Shown: one piece after another, positions 41,748 through 51,181 of the stretch | Layout: every line of letters starts with the position of its first letter | Numbering within the stretch: the stretch's first letter is position 1 | Source of the DNA: Candidatus Levybacteria bacterium RIFCSPHIGHO2_01_FULL_41_15 | GTDB taxonomy: Bacteria; Patescibacteriota; Microgenomatia; Levybacterales; UBA12049 | Assembly: GCA_001782165.1 (NCBI GenBank) | Contig: MFNV01000009.1 | Coordinates: forward strand, 56,123-120,122 | DNA: 64,000 nucleotides | Direction of reading: 5' to 3' | The notes under the pieces: model-generated | What the model saw: only the letters and a program-made list of their open reading frames with translations | What the model was told of the DNA's origin: nothing | Database searches by the model: none | Translations under genes and position numbers: made by a program

Positions 41748-41973
41748 TATCCCAAAATAGATTTTCTGTTGTTTGACGGGTTACTGTCCGGCTTGGTTTT
41801 AAGATGAGAATTGATAAATTTTCCTGTCGCCTTTCTTATGTATCCACTCTGAAGATAAAGCATGCCACCGTTTTTATATTTCCTGCGAGTTTTTCTCTTG
41901 GGCAAACGGGATGGGGCTTGTTTGCCAACCATATATTTTATAATAACAACCTATAGAATATTTTGCAAACAGG

Positions 41974-42117
41974 TTATTTAATTGCTCCTCCTCCCGGATC
42001 CCACCTTCCATGCTCATCCCGGGTATTTTTGGTCCTTTTACTCAAGATAAAATTCCCTTCTCCATCATGGCAAAAGAAAACTACCCCAACACCAATATAT
42101 TCAACTCCCTCTTCCAT
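41974..42117 (-). pseudogene. Truncated NUDIX hydrolase, 5' fragment
   Basis: MEEGVEYIGVGVVFFCHDGEGNFILSKR...GRWDPGGG stops just before the Nudix box. Confidence 0.65.
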
Positions 42118-42154
42118 CTCTTTGACCCTTCTGATTCTTGCAAACTTACTATAA

Positions 42155-42535
42155 CTATTTAACCAGCTCCTTAAGGTTTTTTGGGAAACCGCGCAAAAGC
42201 AAAAGTGCAAGGGGTGCTCCCCAATTTGTCCATCTTTCTACAAAATCCCATATCGGCTCTCCCACCAATGGCCTTACAAGTGCGGTCCAGAATCCCCAAA
42301 AGACAGCCCATAGAAGCGCCAACTTAACAGGCTTTACCAAAACAATAAGTGCTATTAATAAATCCAACAAACCTATAAGAACCAGAAGTTGAGAAGCCAT
42401 GACATTATCCGCACCTGTTAATTGCTGGACCCATCCAATCCACTGCTTTTTTCCCTGAAGGGCAAAAGTACCGTGTCCTAAGAATTCTCCTGCGACTACT
42501 ATTCGTAAAACCCATTGAACTTTATCATTATTCAT
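42155..42535 (-). CDS. Membrane protein (DoxX-like)
   Basis: LRI..AGEFLGHG motif; TM helices. Confidence 0.7.
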   Translation of the reverse strand: MNNDKVQWVLRIVVAGEFLGHGTFALQGKKQWIGWVQQLTGADNVMASQLLVLIGLLDLLIALIVLVKPVKLALLWAVFWGFWTALVRPLVGEPIWDFVERWTNWGAPLALLLLRGFPKNLKELVK

Positions 42536-42590
42536 TTTTCAATCGAGTCTGACTCGATTTTCACCTCCCTCCCTAATTTTATAAATTCGG

Positions 42591-43169
42591 TTATGGTCTT
42601 AGCCATGATGATGCGGAGATAACTAAAAAGATTCCAGATGCATTCAGGATAAAGGATAAGATTAAAAATTTGTAAGTTTTCATTCTTGAAATACCCATCA
42701 AACTTACTCCAATCTCATCCGGAAGAGGAGATGCGATAATTATTGCTCCGAAGACAGGAAACGTCCAGCTGAAGTATTTTGTGTGGAGAATCCTTACGAG
42801 ATGATTGTTGTGATCTATATGATTATAAATAGCTTTTAATTCCCCTGCCAAATTATCTCTTACAAATCGGAAGATTGTAAAATCTCCCAATACTGCTCCG
42901 AGTCCTGCAAAAATTCCAATTTCAACCGGAGATAATTTTTCCGAAAGAACAAGTAGAATCACACCACCCGTTGCTACTGTAAAAGTTGAAACGAATAAAA
43001 TTCCGGCTATAAAAGCTCCTATATAACCTAAGTCCCCCAAACCCAGAAGAAACTGATGAAATGATTCCAAACGGAAAAGGATTACGGCAATTATCAATGA
43101 AACGCCTAGGAGAGATAAATTTTTATACTTTAAGTGCTGCCAAAAATTAACCACATCAAGGGTTAACAA
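42591..43169 (-). CDS. Membrane protein (DedA/VTT-like)
   Basis: GLGAVLGD and ASPLPDE motifs. Confidence 0.7.
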   Translation of the reverse strand: MLTLDVVNFWQHLKYKNLSLLGVSLIIAVILFRLESFHQFLLGLGDLGYIGAFIAGILFVSTFTVATGGVILLVLSEKLSPVEIGIFAGLGAVLGDFTIFRFVRDNLAGELKAIYNHIDHNNHLVRILHTKYFSWTFPVFGAIIIASPLPDEIGVSLMGISRMKTYKFLILSFILNASGIFLVISASSWLRP

Positions 43170-43170
43170 A

Positions 43171-43368
43171 CTATTTTTTGCTCTTTACAAGAACATTTGC
43201 CGAAAGAGCAAAAAAACCTGCGACAACAAGAGCAACGATGCTTGCCCACATTGGGACGACCCAGTTGCCCAAAGTTGCCTGCCAGCCAAAGATGAGTCTT
43301 AAAAGATGAAGTATGGCAATACCTGCAAAGACTATTCCTGAAAATTGGATATATCCTTTCCCTTTCAT
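43171..43368 (-). CDS. Small 2-TM protein
   Basis: HLLRLIFGW..VPMWAS motif; strong SD AGGAGGTGA. Confidence 0.75.
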   Translation of the reverse strand: MKGKGYIQFSGIVFAGIAILHLLRLIFGWQATLGNWVVPMWASIVALVVAGFFALSANVLVKSKK

Positions 43369-43440
43369 TTCCTCACCTCCTTAAAATACCTGTATTCCTA
43401 GAATAGAACTTTTTAATTACCTAAGTCAACTCCTTTAGTC

Positions 43441-43938
43441 TTAGGTAATTTTCAATATTTTTCCTATAACAAGCCCTATTGCTGTGGTTATTCCACCAAG
43501 GCTCAATATCTCAAAAGCGCTAGGAATAGGATTGACTTTTACCATTTTTGCTTTAAGAAAACCTAGGATAAAAAGACCAACAAGAGCAGATATTACGCTT
43601 ATGCTGGCAGAGGCAGGAAGCGGAAAAATAACAACCGGGATAACAGGAACAAGCCCTCCTAGAAAATAAGAAACAAACATCAAAGAACCGACAATATAAA
43701 GATTGTCTGTATGTCTTCCTGTTTTGTCCATCTGATGAACTGATTTCTCGCTCTGGTATTGTCCGACTCCCATTGACAGAGCTTCTACAATTATTGTGAC
43801 TATTCCCGCAAGAACTACCGTATCTTTGTGATTGGATCCTGCAGCAACTCCTGCCACAACTCCTGTTGTTGAAACTAGTGCATCCTGGAAACCAAAAATA
43901 ATGCTTCTTAAATAATCTTCATGAATATCTTTAAACAT
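43441..43938 (-). CDS. VIT1/CCC1 Fe/Mn transporter
   Basis: FGFQDALVST, ALSMGVG.Y.S and GGLVPVIP motifs. Confidence 0.9.
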   Translation of the reverse strand: MFKDIHEDYLRSIIFGFQDALVSTTGVVAGVAAGSNHKDTVVLAGIVTIIVEALSMGVGQYQSEKSVHQMDKTGRHTDNLYIVGSLMFVSYFLGGLVPVIPVVIFPLPASASISVISALVGLFILGFLKAKMVKVNPIPSAFEILSLGGITTAIGLVIGKILKIT

Positions 43939-43973
43939 AAAATTATTATAACAGAAGACAAAGCGGTTGCTGC

Positions 43974-44720
43974 CTATTCAACAATTATATACCCATTCAT
44001 TATGGCTTCATGGGCGGAACAATGGTAAGGATAAATTCCGAAAGTACTAAAAGTTAAAGAGTAGGAATCTCCCTTTTTAAGAGCTTTTGAATTTTGATTT
44101 GGATAATAAGTATGGGCCGGATGTGAATCCGTATTTACATAATGCTCCGCCTCATCATCATTTACCCATGTTACTCTTGTTCCCTTGTTTATCTTAATGT
44201 CCATCGGCACAAACTTAATTTGTGACATACTAATTGTTACTTCTTTCTTGTCTGTCATATCCTCAAATGAAGATTTTAAATTTTTATCTACAGCAAATTG
44301 AAAATGCCCATCATGACAAGTCCTATCCGGCCAGCAAGCATTGTAGAAAACAGTATAAGTTCCATCCGGGGAATTGGGATCCATATTTCTTCTCATTGAA
44401 AGTTTGTTCCCGTCAATTACTGTCTCGCCTACGCCGTAATCTTTTCCATCTTTTTCAATTTTTATTTCGGAAGGTTTTGCCAAATCAAAGTTAAAATTTA
44501 TAACAACATTCACAGGAGCTCCCGCAAGAGTTAAGGCATGCTCCGGGGCATTGCTTTCATAATGAGCGCTTTTTTTAGGAGTGGCAAAAGAAGCAGAGGA
44601 AGAGCTTTCTTGGGAGGAAGTATTAATGGCTGGGGTTGGTGATGAGGGTCTATTCAAAAGTAAATAACCCCCTCCAAAAACAACCGCAACTGCTGCTATC
44701 AAAATTATTACCCTATTCAT
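43974..44720 (-). CDS. CopC-like plus cupredoxin fusion protein, membrane anchored
   Basis: H..SNAP and GTYTV.Y..C..D..C (CopC-like); YPYHCSAH...M (type 1 copper site). Confidence 0.85.
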   Translation of the reverse strand: MNRVIILIAAVAVVFGGGYLLLNRPSSPTPAINTSSQESSSSASFATPKKSAHYESNAPEHALTLAGAPVNVVINFNFDLAKPSEIKIEKDGKDYGVGETVIDGNKLSMRRNMDPNSPDGTYTVFYNACWPDRTCHDGHFQFAVDKNLKSSFEDMTDKKEVTISMSQIKFVPMDIKINKGTRVTWVNDDEAEHYVNTDSHPAHTYYPNQNSKALKKGDSYSLTFSTFGIYPYHCSAHEAIMNGYIIVE

Positions 44721-44812
44721 CCAGTTTTTGTTGTACCTTTTTTAAAAAACGCTGTCAAACTCTATTTTCGTTTATTGATATGGTTCTCACGAAGAAATTA
44801 TAGCAGCCTAAT

Positions 44813-45040
44813 TTAGGCTATTTTGATACTAATTCTCTGGTATTTTCTTAAGTTTACTCTTTTTTGTCTCTCGTCGGTATTCTTTATTCTTAATGCGGTT
44901 TCCCTGTCTATTCTATCCTGGCATTTTTTATCAAGACATCTATATTCTTGGGTCGTGACAGGCGTTCTTGATCCTTCAATCATTTCAATTTTCTCCCGAA
45001 GCAATATTAATCTCCCACTACACTGAGCACAATATCTCAT
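44813..45040 (-). CDS. Small zinc-ribbon-like protein
   Basis: CAQC ... C.DKKC. Confidence 0.6.
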   Translation of the reverse strand: MRYCAQCSGRLILLREKIEMIEGSRTPVTTQEYRCLDKKCQDRIDRETALRIKNTDERQKRVNLRKYQRISIKIA

Positions 45041-45291
45041 ATTTTTGAAGTATGTTTTTAGGACATGGAATTAATAGATAGAGGAAACTAAAAAGGGGCC
45101 TTTTTTAATTAGATCTAGAATTAATTCCTTTCTAATTGTACCACATTTTGGGAAAAAATTCCGGGGGGATTAATATCAAATTTTTCTTGAAGATTTCAGA
45201 TCGGAATCTTGAGAAACTTCACGACTTTTTACGAAAACAGGAGACCCAATGGCACCCTCCATCTTCATGAAAAAATTATAGCAGGCGTGTC

Positions 45292-45720
45292 CTATTTTTC
45301 TATTTTAAGAATTTCAAAACCTTTCCTAATTGCATTTCCTTCATCGTCATTATCTGCAAAATAATTACCAATCTCATTTTCCGAGATCCACTTGTAATCT
45401 TCGTGATCTTTTTTTCTAATTCTGATTTCCTGACTGGGATTCTTCATCTTAGCTAAATATAAAACTTCAATAACATGATCGGAATCATTGTTCATAATAT
45501 AAGTAAACTCAAAATACGGCTTTCTAAGTATTATTTTCATATTAAACTCTTCCTGCATTTCTCTTTTTAAACATTCCTCCAGTGTTTCGCCAAATTCAAC
45601 ATGACCACCGGGCAATTCCCATTTTCCGGGCAAAAAAGATTTAGTCTTAGCGCGTTTGCCAATCAAAGCTTTTCCGTCTTTGTAGAGAAAAACACATGCA
45701 GTTATTATTTGCCTCTTCAT
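45292..45720 (-). CDS. NUDIX hydrolase
   Basis: WELPGGHVEFGETLEECLKREMQEE (Nudix box). Confidence 0.92.
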   Translation of the reverse strand: MKRQIITACVFLYKDGKALIGKRAKTKSFLPGKWELPGGHVEFGETLEECLKREMQEEFNMKIILRKPYFEFTYIMNNDSDHVIEVLYLAKMKNPSQEIRIRKKDHEDYKWISENEIGNYFADNDDEGNAIRKGFEILKIEK

Positions 45721-45747
45721 GAAGCAATTATAGCAGGAGAGAAATTA

Positions 45748-46371
45748 TTAAAATCCTAGTTTTTTGTTTACGAGGATAAATCTTATTTTTCTGTCCAACA
45801 TTGGATTTTCTCCTTTAAAAATCAGAATTTTGTTAAGTGAGGTTCCCGATCCGTATTTTTGCATCATATGTTCATTTTCAAGCGGAACTACATATTCCTC
45901 CAAACGCTCCATCGCGGCTTTTAAAGATGGCACGATCTTCTGGGCTCCGACAACAAATATAAGATTTTGCGAAGTAGAGGCTATATGAGGCAACTGGCTT
46001 GCGGTGTTTGAGGCAACTATAAATTCTCCATTTTCTAAAAGAGCGTGAACACTCCCCAAATAGTAATCAGAGAGCGCGGCTTGTTTGCGAAGCATTGATT
46101 GCTTGATGGGATCTTTTTCCTCAACGATTGCTTTGTGTATGTTATTCCATCTGTGCTCTCCGGACTTAAGATAATCAACGAATCCTATTTGCTCAAGCGT
46201 AACCGAAGATCCATTCATAACTGAAGCGCCCTTCGGAATTAGTTCTTTAATCTCTGATAGCGCATCCTCTGCTTTTTCTACAACAAAGACCTCATACCCC
46301 TTATTCTCAAGCGAAGATTTTGTTCTTTCAATTGTACTTCGGTCTGCTAACTTACCCCAATTATTTTTCAT
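45748..46371 (-). CDS. LUD/LutC-domain protein
   Basis: GSSVTLEQIG, GSVHA...GE and VVGAQKIV motifs. Confidence 0.85.
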   Translation of the reverse strand: MKNNWGKLADRSTIERTKSSLENKGYEVFVVEKAEDALSEIKELIPKGASVMNGSSVTLEQIGFVDYLKSGEHRWNNIHKAIVEEKDPIKQSMLRKQAALSDYYLGSVHALLENGEFIVASNTASQLPHIASTSQNLIFVVGAQKIVPSLKAAMERLEEYVVPLENEHMMQKYGSGTSLNKILIFKGENPMLDRKIRFILVNKKLGF

Positions 46372-46420
46372 ATTAACTATGTATTAGATCCTTAAATTAG
46401 GAAGAGTTCCCAAAGAAGCT

Positions 46421-46540
46421 CTATTTGCGTCGCTTGCTTTTTTTATTAGCAAGCATTTCGTATTTTATCGCAAGTCTTTTTTTGGTTTTATATGAGTGGG
46501 TTCTTTTCATTTTCCCAACTCCTGTATCTCTTTTTGCCAT
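46421..46540 (-). CDS. 39-aa highly basic protein (not in the ORF track)
   Basis: MAKRDTGVGKMKRTHSYKTKKRLAIKYEMLANKKSKRRK; TATAAT 7 nt upstream of ATG. Confidence 0.55.
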   Translation of the reverse strand: MAKRDTGVGKMKRTHSYKTKKRLAIKYEMLANKKSKRRK

Positions 46541-46640
46541 AGATACAATTATACTATTTTATAAGCAGCATTACTAAGACTAAAACCAAACCAATCGATG
46601 TCACTGGTAAAGTGATCTTCCCTAATGTGATAGCATAAAT

Positions 46641-48002
46641 GTGATGGCAATAAAAAAATACCCCCTACAAGCTTTTGTAAGATGGAAGCACGTGTTTGGA
46701 AAAACGTATTTAATCATCGTGCCTATCGCCGCATTACTGGTTGCTGCTGTCCTTTTTATCCTGCAATCCAGTAATCTGAAGAGTTCTATGGCGGAGTTTA
46801 CCGGGGAAATCAGCGGGCTTGCGCCATTAACCAATGGTACCGCCTCACGAAGCGCAATTATTAATATTGTAGACCCAGGTACAGCACAACTTATTGTCGG
46901 AAAAGAAGTTAAAGATAATCTTTCTTCATACCAAATAAAAGCCTCTCCCGGCTGGAGGATGGCAATCCTGAAAGTGTGGGATTTTGACAGCAAAAAAATG
47001 TATGTTGGCGCAAGCAGGGCTTTTAATGTTTCAGAGGGGGAAACCTATAAGGCAAACATTGTAGTTAAAGAAACAGGAACCTTCAATGATATTTCCGCTG
47101 CAGTGTCTATTAAACCCGCTATCTTCGATATCTTTCATACGCTCTCCAAAAGTTTAATTGCCTATGCGGCAGAAGAAAAACCGGTTCTCGTTGTAATCCA
47201 CAAGCCCGGACCACACGGGCCATATTCATTCGAGGTATCAGTTATTGAGACAATCTTGGCTATTGATGGCAATTATGTGCAAGCGATCGACGAACAATCA
47301 TTGGGTGTGGTCGGAGAAGAGCGCAACTTGGAAAGCCTTACTCCGGATGCTTACGGCGACTTTACACCCCGCAACCCGAATTTCGTTGTGGAACTGGATA
47401 TAAAATTTAAAGTTAACTGGCCGGTAGTGACAATTTCGTTAATAAATGTGGGAAATCAGGAAGTAATCTGGAAAGATACAACAGATTCTAGAGTAGAGAC
47501 GAAGGCTTATGGTTTTAGTAATGTTGTTGAGCTTGCCGCGGACAAATTAGTTAAAAGTCTTAGCGGAAAAGGTCCTAATCCGGTGCAGTTTCCCAAATTT
47601 ACTCCATCAGTCCCAAAACCGGTGAAGTCTCCTGCAGAATGGGGGGCAAGGATGCGAAAAGCACTCGGTCTGGACAAGCAATCCGAATCCGGTACGGGTG
47701 TAGCTGGGCCCCAGACGGGCTCAGGGCCTCAATCACCGCCGCCTCCAACCACAATTTCTCCCTGTGATTTTAATGGCTTTATCAGCTGTAGAGATAAGTT
47801 CAATTTGCAGGGTTGTATAGATGCATGTCCGTTGGTTAATAAAACGTGCCCTGAAGGTACATCTCCTGATACGGAATGCAAAGAAACAGACGGGGAATGT
47901 TCAAATAAGTGCTGGAACCAGGGAAGCTCTCATGGCTCCCAGTGCGCGGCTATGAACCACTGTTCAATGAAAGAAGTTGAGGATCGTCTGCGCGCACAAT
48001 AA
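46641..48002 (+). CDS. Membrane-anchored protein with a Cys-rich C-terminal domain
   Basis: N-terminal TM, Pro/Gly linker, about 10 Cys in the tail; abuts the tRNA 3' end. Confidence 0.75.
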   Translation: MMAIKKYPLQAFVRWKHVFGKTYLIIVPIAALLVAAVLFILQSSNLKSSMAEFTGEISGLAPLTNGTASRSAIINIVDPGTAQLIVGKEVKDNLSSYQIKASPGWRMAILKVWDFDSKKMYVGASRAFNVSEGETYKANIVVKETGTFNDISAAVSIKPAIFDIFHTLSKSLIAYAAEEKPVLVVIHKPGPHGPYSFEVSVIETILAIDGNYVQAIDEQSLGVVGEERNLESLTPDAYGDFTPRNPNFVVELDIKFKVNWPVVTISLINVGNQEVIWKDTTDSRVETKAYGFSNVVELAADKLVKSLSGKGPNPVQFPKFTPSVPKPVKSPAEWGARMRKALGLDKQSESGTGVAGPQTGSGPQSPPPPTTISPCDFNGFISCRDKFNLQGCIDACPLVNKTCPEGTSPDTECKETDGECSNKCWNQGSSHGSQCAAMNHCSMKEVEDRLRAQ

Positions 48003-48016
48003 AAAATCCATTAATG

Positions 48017-48088
48017 CTCCTCCGGGAGGATTCGAACCTCCGACCAATCGCTTAACAGGCGAGTGCTCTACCACTGAGCTACAGAGGA
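48017..48088 (-). tRNA. tRNA-Asn(GTT)
   Basis: TCCTCTG/CGGAGGA acceptor stem, TAGCTCAGTGGTAGAGC D-arm, CT-GTT-AA loop, GGTTCGAATCC; CCA not encoded. Confidence 0.96.
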
Positions 48089-48170
48089 AGGTGAAGATAT
48101 TTTACCATTTAAGATCACCAAAATCCATATCTTGCTTCATTTATAATTGCCCCGTGAATTTGAAATCTTG

Positions 48171-48809
48171 TTATTTTTTATTTCTATTTTGAGTTAAAGT
48201 GACCAAAAATGCTATAGAAAACGGAATAATATAAAGAATTCCTCCCCATCCCAGCCAGTTTGTATATTGTCTTACCGTCTCGTTTGTTTTGTCAATAAAG
48301 TTAAAATCTAAGATATACCACAGCTGTATATTTTTGATATGCATTACATATTCGTGGAAAATTTTTGGGGCAGCAATAGAAAATACAATAAACAGCCAGA
48401 CTGCTTTTGATTTTGAAATAATTTGTCGGCCAGAAATCTTTAAAAATATAAGAGACCAGATAAAAAAGTTCTCAAAAACATTGGGAAAGAAAAACAACAG
48501 AGGTTTTATGTTAAAAATAAAAAAGAGGAGTACCCCGCTTGCCCGCAAAAAATAAAAAAATACCGCGATTTTTTTTGCAAGAATATCTTTCCAGCGGTTT
48601 ACCGTAACTGCGGCAATGGTCAGATAGATCATGTCCATTACCTTATCCCAAGTCTGGTAAAAATCATAACTGAAGTCTTTTGATGTATGTAGAAAATCCC
48701 AATCATACCCGTCCAGAAGAGCAGATAGCAAAATACCAGGAAGGGGCCACTTAAAGATAAGAAGTGCGGCAGAGATTCTAATCAGAGAAAATATTAGAAA
48801 AGATTCCAT
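48171..48809 (-). CDS. Membrane protein (CDP-alcohol phosphotransferase-like D-x2-D motifs)
   Basis: LLDGYD..YQTWDK..D and FPNVFE motifs. Confidence 0.7.
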   Translation of the reverse strand: MESFLIFSLIRISAALLIFKWPLPGILLSALLDGYDWDFLHTSKDFSYDFYQTWDKVMDMIYLTIAAVTVNRWKDILAKKIAVFFYFLRASGVLLFFIFNIKPLLFFFPNVFENFFIWSLIFLKISGRQIISKSKAVWLFIVFSIAAPKIFHEYVMHIKNIQLWYILDFNFIDKTNETVRQYTNWLGWGGILYIIPFSIAFLVTLTQNRNKK

Positions 48810-48888
48810 TTTTAATCTTCCGATCTATTTTACCATTACTAACAACTTTTGTTTGAAAAGCAAGAAGCATAATTATATACTGGTATAG

Positions 48889-50070
48889 GTGCAGATTAAG
48901 AATTTTAAAGCCCCATCCTTTCTCCCTGTTATAAAAACAAAGCTGCCTATTTTTTTTGCTTCTATATTAGTGGTATTGTCCATTGTTTTTATATTCTTCA
49001 TAAGCTCCTCCCAGACCGCAATAAAAGACGCAAGCATTAAAAACGCAGATCTTGAGAAAAAAATAAAAAACTTAAGTAGTGAGCTTTCAAAACTAAAAAA
49101 CCAAGACCAATATAAGGCAAACCAAGAACTTAAAACCAATATTAATAACATAGAAAATACTTATAAAGAGTCTCTGGGAATTTATAACAGGATGGCCGAT
49201 CTAAGGGCTCAAAACGTAAAAACTGCGGATTTTGAGAAGCAATTTGCTAAAGTCTTAAATTACTTATCAACTCTTAATTATTCATCAGCCAGTGCAGATC
49301 TTAAACTTCTTTCTGAAAATATTAAAAAGTCCGAAGACAGTCTTGTACAAGCTGAGATTGCTCAAATTGCCAACGTTGCTGTCAATAATAGTGCGCCCGG
49401 CGCTGGCTTCTCCCAGCAAAAAGTAGAAACAGAAAGAGGCGAATTTTTGGTATCTTTGGTAGCAGCAGATTTAAACTCAACCCGCGTTCTTGTAGATACA
49501 GCATCAGACGGCGATTGTCGGAATAACTGTCCTGTTTTGCCCTTGGCTACTTATGTGTCTCGCTCCGGAGGATTTGCAGGAATTAATGGTTCATATTTTT
49601 GTCCACCTGATTATCCAAGCTGTGCCGGAAAAGTAAATTCTTTTGACACTCTACTTATGAATAAGAATAAGGTTTATTTCAACTCCGATAATAATGTCTA
49701 CAGCAACGTTCCGCTTGTTTATTTCACTGGCAATACTATGGGAGTTCGGGGGCGCTCATCGGATTGGGGCAGAGACACAGGGGTTGATAGCGTAATTGCA
49801 ATGCAGACCTTGCTTGTGTCAGGCGGCAACCCCACGGGAGCTGTCGGAATAAGGGGAGCAAAAACTTTTATTGGAGCAAGAGGAAACATGGTCTATATCG
49901 GGGTTGTCTATAACGCGACATTTAATGAAGCGGGAATTGTACTTAAAACAATGGGAATTGATAACGCACTTAATCTTGATCAGGGAGGATCAACTGCCCT
50001 CTGGTACGGAGGTTACAAGGCAGGTCCCGGCCGCAACCTTCCCAACGCCGTGGTTTTTGTTCGGAAATAA
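48889..50070 (+). CDS. Phosphodiester glycosidase (NAGPA) family protein
   Basis: GINGSYF and ALNLDQGGST motifs; N-terminal TM and coiled coil. Confidence 0.88.
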   Translation: MQIKNFKAPSFLPVIKTKLPIFFASILVVLSIVFIFFISSSQTAIKDASIKNADLEKKIKNLSSELSKLKNQDQYKANQELKTNINNIENTYKESLGIYNRMADLRAQNVKTADFEKQFAKVLNYLSTLNYSSASADLKLLSENIKKSEDSLVQAEIAQIANVAVNNSAPGAGFSQQKVETERGEFLVSLVAADLNSTRVLVDTASDGDCRNNCPVLPLATYVSRSGGFAGINGSYFCPPDYPSCAGKVNSFDTLLMNKNKVYFNSDNNVYSNVPLVYFTGNTMGVRGRSSDWGRDTGVDSVIAMQTLLVSGGNPTGAVGIRGAKTFIGARGNMVYIGVVYNATFNEAGIVLKTMGIDNALNLDQGGSTALWYGGYKAGPGRNLPNAVVFVRK

Positions 50071-51156
50071 CTATCCTAAATAATCTTTTAATTTATTTCC
50101 CCTACTTGGGTGACGTAACTTCCGAAGAGCTTTTGCTTCAATTTGTCTTATTCGCTCACGGGTTACCGCAAACATCTTTCCAACCTCTTCCAAGGTCTTT
50201 GGTTTTCCATCTTTTAAGCCAAACCTTTCCTCAAGGACTCTCCTTTCTCGATCCGATAAAGTTGATAAAACCTGATCCACTTGTTCTTTGAGAAGTTCAC
50301 GGGATGCTGAGTCAAAAAGAGTTGGAGCAGTCGTATCATGTATAAAATCTCCAAGCCTTGAATCTTCCTCATCTCCGACAGGTGATTCCAAAGATGCAGG
50401 TTCTTGGGAAATTTTTATAATCTCCATTGCCTTGTCTGGATCAATTCCCAAGACTTTTGCAACCTCTTCAGGTGCTGGCTCCCGGCCCAATTCCTGCATA
50501 AGTTTTCGGGATGCCCTTAAAAACCTATTTATATTCTCGACCATATGGACCGGGATCCGGATTGTTCTTGCCTGATCGGCAATTGCACGGGTTATGGATT
50601 GGCGAATCCACCAAGTAGCATATGTTGAAAATTTATAACCGCGCCTCCAATCATATTTCTCAACTGCGCGTATCAAACCTTGATTTCCTTCTTGAATAAG
50701 ATCAAGCAGTGTCAAACCGCGGCCGACATATTTTTTAGCAATTGATACAACCAAACGCAGGTTTGAATTTATAAGGATTTTCTTTGCCTCCTCATCTGCC
50801 TTTTCCACTCTTTTGGCAAGAGAAATCTCTTGTTCAAAATTAAGAAGGGGAATTCTTCCGATTTCTTTAAGATACATCCTTACAGGGTCTGAGATCGTTC
50901 CTTCTGTAAGAACAGTAAGTGCCTCAAGTTCTCTTTCCAAATCCTCTATAGGTTTTTCACTCTCCTGATCCTGGGAAACTGATTCAAAAACATCAACATC
51001 AAGCTTTAAAAGTTTGTCATAGAGTAAGTCAAGCTCATCTATGTGTTCTTCAGGACGCGGAAAAATTGCCAGTATTTCATCCTGGGTAATATACCCTCTT
51101 TTTTTGGCAGAATTCACAATATCTCTTAAAAACGCTGCAGTTTTTTTAATCCTCAT
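50071..51156 (-). CDS. rpoD: RNA polymerase primary sigma factor
   Basis: [35 protein letters not shown] and TRERIRQIE motifs. Confidence 0.98.
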   Translation of the reverse strand: MRIKKTAAFLRDIVNSAKKRGYITQDEILAIFPRPEEHIDELDLLYDKLLKLDVDVFESVSQDQESEKPIEDLERELEALTVLTEGTISDPVRMYLKEIGRIPLLNFEQEISLAKRVEKADEEAKKILINSNLRLVVSIAKKYVGRGLTLLDLIQEGNQGLIRAVEKYDWRRGYKFSTYATWWIRQSITRAIADQARTIRIPVHMVENINRFLRASRKLMQELGREPAPEEVAKVLGIDPDKAMEIIKISQEPASLESPVGDEEDSRLGDFIHDTTAPTLFDSASRELLKEQVDQVLSTLSDRERRVLEERFGLKDGKPKTLEEVGKMFAVTRERIRQIEAKALRKLRHPSRGNKLKDYLG

Positions 51157-51181
51157 GCTAAATCTATTTTACCACAATAAC

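Noticed and set aside
41744-41932. 62-aa basic ORF upstream of the CAP gene
   Set aside because: It has a plausible leaderless start but no recognisable family; not enough support to call
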